From Patescibacteria group bacterium (GTDB lineage Bacteria; Patescibacteriota; Patescibacteriia; UBA9934): 64,000 bases of DNA. The position numbers and the translations under genes are program-made. The notes under the pieces are model-generated. The model was not told the DNA's origin. It saw nothing but the letters and a program-made list of their open reading frames with translations, and searched no databases. Position 1 is the first letter of the stretch; every line of letters starts with the position of its first letter. Below are positions 59,491-64,000 of the stretch, piece after piece. The DNA lies in assembly GCA_041660165.1 (NCBI GenBank), contig JBAZWW010000001.1, positions 28,009-92,008 on the forward strand, given 5' to 3'.

Positions 59491-60303
59491 ATGGATCCGA
59501 AAAGCTTCACAGAGCAATTGTTGTTTTCGACAGTTCTTATCAGGATGCTTGATGTAAAGATGCAACCATTTGGACACGGAACTGGCTTCTTATATTTATT
59601 GGACCTTGCACCAGGTGGGGGCCAGCAAAAGATCTTGCTAGTATCAAATAAACACGTGTTAAACAAATGCAGGGCGATCAGTATTGATTTCCACGCGCAA
59701 CAGAATAATCTACCGATTTTAGATAATGTAATAACAGTTCAGCTGCGCTATGATGATGTCTGGCACCATGATACGGCTGATGTTGCGTGCATCGACATAA
59801 CTGAAAGCGTTAAGGAGTTTCAAGAGCGAATTTATATAAGGTGTGTTGGTGAAGACTCATTACTAGATAGTTCCGATGAACTTCTCGACGTTCACCAGGA
59901 CATTTTCTTTGTAGGATATCCGTTACGTATTTACGATAAGAAGAATTATTTGCCCATCGTCAGGTCAGGAATCACTGCATCACATCCGAATATTCCTTTT
60001 AATGGCAAACCTGAATTTATTATTGATGCATCTGTGTACGAGGGCTCAAGCGGTAGCCCTGTATTTCTTGATTTGTTAAAACCAAACCTAGCTTTAGGGA
60101 AGCTAGCAATGGGTGCAGCGCCTAAATGCATCGGGATTATTTCGACTAACTTTAACGTTCTTTCGGAGTTGAAGGAGGTTTCGCTCCCTAGTGAAAAACT
60201 TGCCTCTTCCCAGGTAGTTGGTCTGGCAACGGTCTGTAATAGCCAGACCATCAGGGAGGTCGTTGGGCAGGTATCGGCTAGTTACAAATTGCGAAATCCC
60301 TGA
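59491..60303 (+). CDS. Cytoplasmic trypsin-like serine peptidase (Trypsin_2/S1-like)
   Basis: Catalytic triad His (SNKHVLN), Asp (DVACIDI) and Ser (GSSGSPVF). No signal peptide. It lies 18 bp after the NACHT gene. Confidence 0.75.
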   Translation: MDPKSFTEQLLFSTVLIRMLDVKMQPFGHGTGFLYLLDLAPGGGQQKILLVSNKHVLNKCRAISIDFHAQQNNLPILDNVITVQLRYDDVWHHDTADVACIDITESVKEFQERIYIRCVGEDSLLDSSDELLDVHQDIFFVGYPLRIYDKKNYLPIVRSGITASHPNIPFNGKPEFIIDASVYEGSSGSPVFLDLLKPNLALGKLAMGAAPKCIGIISTNFNVLSELKEVSLPSEKLASSQVVGLATVCNSQTIREVVGQVSASYKLRNP

Positions 60304-60699
60304 CTTCGATCGCCTTGAGTCTTTCTGCACTAAACTTAACTGCTTGATAAATTGTTGATAGTTCAGAAAACAGGTACTCTGGGGAGCCATAAAAATATGA
60401 CATCTTGGTGTCATATTTTTAATTTACGGGCAGGAGAGCAAGCAAATACTTTGGCGTACGTTAGGGCGAGAACGGCGGTGTGGTGTTTCGTTACCAGATA
60501 GAACCGCGAGATGGTGGATTGTCGTGGGGAGCGGTGTTGAGCCGAGAGCCGAAGCCGAGTCCCACCACCTGAGTCATTAGCGGGTGTGTGGGATGTCCAT
60601 GTGCCTGATCAACAACAAGCCAAGCAATCCGCTGGCTTTTCATATTTTCATTTATCATGCTATACCATTTATGCTCAACGAAATGTTCGAAAAACAAAC

Positions 60700-61728
60700 A
60701 TGACCTACGACGAGCTCGTAAAGTTCATTCAGGGCCATTTCACCGATGGGTTGGTTTTGGTATTGGGCTCAGGGCTATCCGCGGCCGAGGGAATTCCTGA
60801 TATGCCTGCCCTTGCTACATACCTTTCAGAACAAGCGATTGAGCTGACCGGTGCTGATAAGGCGGCCTGGTTAAACATAAAAACAGTGCTTGATACGGGA
60901 GAAGGACTTGAAGCGGCTCTGCTAAGACATGCTCCGTCTTCGACTTTGGAAGCGTGGATTGTTCGAAAGACCTGCGAGCTGTTGATGCCGATAGAACGCA
61001 AGATCATGAGCGCTATGTTCAGGGGCGACACGACACTCCGTTTGAGCAAGTTTCTTTCTAAGATTCTCAAGCCGACGGAAGGATTACCCATTCTAACGAC
61101 AAATTATGATCGGTTGATCGAGATTGCCTGTGAGATGGAGGGATTCCATGTTGATACAGCAGCGGTTGGAAATTACGCAGGTACATTTGATCATGAGCGC
61201 AGCCTCATGGGATCAAGCAAAAGAATAGCAACTCGTGGAAAAACACCTTTCCTTGAGCATTACCCGCGAGCCGTCGTTCTTAAGCCGCACGGTAGTTTTG
61301 ATTGGTACAGATCAGGGGATTCTGCGAGGCGGTGTGGTTTTGATCTGGTGGGTGTGGAAAGACTGATAATCACCCCCGGAACCAACAAGTATAAGGCCGG
61401 GTACGAAGCACCATTCGATAAACACAGAGATTTGGCAAATTCCTATATTGATAAAGCGGCGAAACTATTTGTAGTAGGCTATGGTTTTAATGACGATCAT
61501 CTGCAGACTCACCTGATTAAAAAAATTAATGATGGCCTACCGACATTGATCTTAAGCCGCTCTGAAAACCCTAAAATTCAAAAGCTGGCAAAGGAGGCGC
61601 TGCGTTGTGTAGCACTCTCTAAATTAAACACGGGTACAGGTGTTTCTGTTACAACGAAGGATACCCACTTCGAACACCCTGGTGACGATCTATGGGATTT
61701 AGGCGTTTTAACTAAAGAACTTCTATAG
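60700..61728 (+). CDS. SIR2-like (SIR2_2) NAD-utilising defence protein
   Basis: LVLVLGSGLSAAEGIP, ILTTNYDRLIE and VLKPHGSFDW. I chose the ATG at 60700; the ORF-track start is 60586. Confidence 0.85.
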   Translation: MTYDELVKFIQGHFTDGLVLVLGSGLSAAEGIPDMPALATYLSEQAIELTGADKAAWLNIKTVLDTGEGLEAALLRHAPSSTLEAWIVRKTCELLMPIERKIMSAMFRGDTTLRLSKFLSKILKPTEGLPILTTNYDRLIEIACEMEGFHVDTAAVGNYAGTFDHERSLMGSSKRIATRGKTPFLEHYPRAVVLKPHGSFDWYRSGDSARRCGFDLVGVERLIITPGTNKYKAGYEAPFDKHRDLANSYIDKAAKLFVVGYGFNDDHLQTHLIKKINDGLPTLILSRSENPKIQKLAKEALRCVALSKLNTGTGVSVTTKDTHFEHPGDDLWDLGVLTKELL

Positions 61729-61729
61729 T

Positions 61730-63499
61730 ATGACTGACATTACAAGTTTGAGTTTTGAAGATGTAAGTCAGCTCGGCAAGGTGGTGGGGGTTGATACCAG
61801 TCGAGTGCTTATTGCGGTGGATAATGCGACACTCTTGCCTCGTGCAGCTGTCGGTAGCCTTGTCGCAATTCAAGGCAGCACGGCTCAAGAGTTTCTAATC
61901 GGCATGACAGAACGGGTGACTCGCCAGCTTCGTGAACAGACGGCTCAGCCTGATTCTATGACCCCCACCGTGCTTTCAGTCGAAGTAGTTCCGGATGACG
62001 CTATTCGTGTTGTATTGCTCGGGACCTATCGTACGGTTGATGGAGCAGTTCGTAATCGGTTTAAGCGTGGTGCCGATTCATTTCCACAGATTGATCGCCA
62101 TTGTTTTTTGATCGAGGGGCAGAATCTTCAGCTGTTCATGGGTTTGCTGGGAAAGGACCTGGGGCCGGAGCAACGACTTGAGCTCGGCCACTTCGTGTTA
62201 GATAGTTCCGCTACGGCTATTGCGAACGGAGACAAGTTTTTTCAGCGTCATGCGGCTATCCTCGGTAGTACCGGTTCCGGTAAGAGCTATGCAGTATCAC
62301 TAATTTTAGAGCGTGCTAATGCACGCAAGTATCCGAACATTATCGTTTTTGACATGCATGGAGAGTATGCATCATTGGCTAATCCGCCGGTGCAGACAAA
62401 CGGGACTCCGAGGACTGCGATCGCTACCGCTTTTAAAATAGCTGGTCCAGGAGATTTGGATTTACCAAAACCCAACACGATCTTTCTTCCATATTGGCTC
62501 TTAAATCGCGACGAGATGCTGTCCATGATTCTTGATCGCAGTGATCAGAATGCCCCCAACCAGGCTTCTCGATTTACTCAGCATGTGAGGGATCTTAAGG
62601 GAGCGGCTGTTGCGAGTAAGCCTAGTGTACAAGCTACGTTTACCGTTGATTCCCCAATCCCATATAATCTTCCAGATCTACTGCAGAAATTACAGCACGA
62701 TGATACCGCTAAGGGGACCGGCGTTAGCGGAAAAGAGGTAAAAGGTGACTGGGAAGGTAAATTGACTCGTTTTATTTCTCGACTGGAAACGAAGTCAGCT
62801 GATCGGAGGTATGGGTTTATGTTCAAGCCACCGAGCGCGGCTCTTGAGTATGACTGGCTTGCGACGCAAATTTTACAACTCCTGACTCCAGGCAAAGATA
62901 AGCACGGCATAAAAATTGTCGATTTTTCGGAAGTACCACCAGACGTGCTTCCGGTAGTCACCGCTATCTTCGCAAGACTTCTTTATGATGTCCAGTTTTG
63001 GATGGATCCTGACAAGCGTACGCCCTTTGTCTTTGTTTGTGACGAAGCGCATCTTTATTTACCAGTTAAAGATGATGCAGACGCCGTCGAGAAGCAGGCG
63101 CTCTATTGTTTCGAACGCATTTCTAAGGAGGGTCGCAAGTACGGAGTTTCGCTGCTCGTAGTTAGTCAGCGCCCATCCGATGTCAGCCGAACTATTCTCA
63201 GTCAGTGCAACAATTTTCTTGTTTTAAGACTTACAAATGATCAAGATCAAAATGTGGTTCGTCGACTGGTTCCCGACTCCATGGCAGGCATCCTTGATGG
63301 ATTACCACTACTCGATACCGGAGAAGCATTATTGCTGGGCGATGCGATTTTGTTGCCTGCTAGATTGAAGCTCAAGCTGCCCATGATCGAACCGTTGAGC
63401 CAAACACGGAATTTCTGGCAGGAATGGGAAACTAAAGTACCTAACTCAGATGCCATCTCTCTTGCTGTGGAGGCTCTTCGTCGCCAATCTCGTACATAA
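61730..63499 (+). CDS. HerA-like (FtsK/HerA superfamily) ATPase partner of SIR2
   Basis: Walker A ILGSTGSGKSY, Walker B FVFVCDEAH and VVSQRPSDV. It directly abuts the SIR2 gene. Confidence 0.85.
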   Translation: MTDITSLSFEDVSQLGKVVGVDTSRVLIAVDNATLLPRAAVGSLVAIQGSTAQEFLIGMTERVTRQLREQTAQPDSMTPTVLSVEVVPDDAIRVVLLGTYRTVDGAVRNRFKRGADSFPQIDRHCFLIEGQNLQLFMGLLGKDLGPEQRLELGHFVLDSSATAIANGDKFFQRHAAILGSTGSGKSYAVSLILERANARKYPNIIVFDMHGEYASLANPPVQTNGTPRTAIATAFKIAGPGDLDLPKPNTIFLPYWLLNRDEMLSMILDRSDQNAPNQASRFTQHVRDLKGAAVASKPSVQATFTVDSPIPYNLPDLLQKLQHDDTAKGTGVSGKEVKGDWEGKLTRFISRLETKSADRRYGFMFKPPSAALEYDWLATQILQLLTPGKDKHGIKIVDFSEVPPDVLPVVTAIFARLLYDVQFWMDPDKRTPFVFVCDEAHLYLPVKDDADAVEKQALYCFERISKEGRKYGVSLLVVSQRPSDVSRTILSQCNNFLVLRLTNDQDQNVVRRLVPDSMAGILDGLPLLDTGEALLLGDAILLPARLKLKLPMIEPLSQTRNFWQEWETKVPNSDAISLAVEALRRQSRT

Positions 63500-64000
63500 G
63501 GATGGTGCGGTAGATGCATTTTGATTTTAAGATCACGCGCCTCTCATTGAGAGCCAACTCGGACTTTAGCTTGTCGAGTAGATCGCGCGTTTTTTTTCGT
63601 GTGTCCTTCTTGAAAATATATTTTGTACACGTGTATACGTCTATGCCGGGCATCATTTCGGCAATTTTTCCGATAACGGCATAGCCACCTAGGTCGGAGA
63701 ACAGGGTTGCTAGTTTTTCCCGTTAGAACCATACTGTGGATATTATCAATTACCATTTGAATCTATGTTCCTTATCCCTGGGCAGTTATTAACGATGATA
63801 ACGTTTCCTGGCGTTTTGACCTATGAGTTATTGTATCTTGCGTTTTCCAGATCCGCCCATTTACAGGGAACTCCCAATACAAAAAAATTGCCGACTAATT
63901 TTCAACAAGCAGCCACGGTAATTGCGGGTCCATTTGTTATTAGTTCGATGCTCTGTTTTATTTTTGCGTTTATCGCCGGTGTCGGTAATTTTCAGGACGT

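Overview
This 64-kb window comes from a bacterial chromosome with about 50% GC content. A possible streamlined, Patescibacteria/CPR-like origin is inference only. Genes are densely packed and mostly on the + strand.

Housekeeping genes I recognise include:
- a type IV pilus module: a partial PilB/GspE-like ATPase diverging from a pilin gene
- a UvrD/PcrA helicase, malic enzyme and UDP-glucose 6-dehydrogenase
- a LOG-family protein, a pyridine nucleotide-disulfide oxidoreductase and a DoxX protein
- a DEDDh exonuclease and a Phd/YefM–RelE toxin-antitoxin pair
- class I ribonucleotide reductase with the beta gene before the alpha gene, overlapping by 10 nt
- PBP2/FtsI, MurF and GlmS
- an SGNH hydrolase, an RibD-C reductase, a GIY-YIG nuclease and tRNA-Glu
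- thermonuclease, a PEBP protein, DnaG–RpoD, Maf, TypA and GreA

Three features stand out:
- **GC-rich lipoprotein gene (44990-47632).** It is visibly much more GC-rich than the rest of the window, about 65% by eye. It encodes about ten Cys/Asp-rich repeats of the MopE-like putative metal-binding type, which suggests horizontal acquisition.
- **Repeat lipoprotein (30957-31892).** It is built from about 35 octapeptide units encoded by 24-bp DNA tandem repeats.
- **AT-rich island at tRNA-Asn (51140-51214).** The island is inserted next to this tRNA and begins with a large serine recombinase whose 3' end overlaps the tRNA. It carries a known SIR2–HerA anti-phage operon. Upstream of that it carries a candidate new defence pair. 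The first gene is a 1400-aa NACHT/STAND NTPase with a C-terminal PD-(D/E)xK-like motif. The second, 18 bp downstream, is a cytoplasmic trypsin-like serine protease. The island continues past the window end.

Several small intergenic repeat families are present, including palindromic terminator hairpins and shared 3'-flank elements. I also describe a tandem pair of paralogs that share a conserved C-terminal EKPEKGFFARLFG motif, and candidate structured RNAs. No CRISPR array and no rRNA were found.
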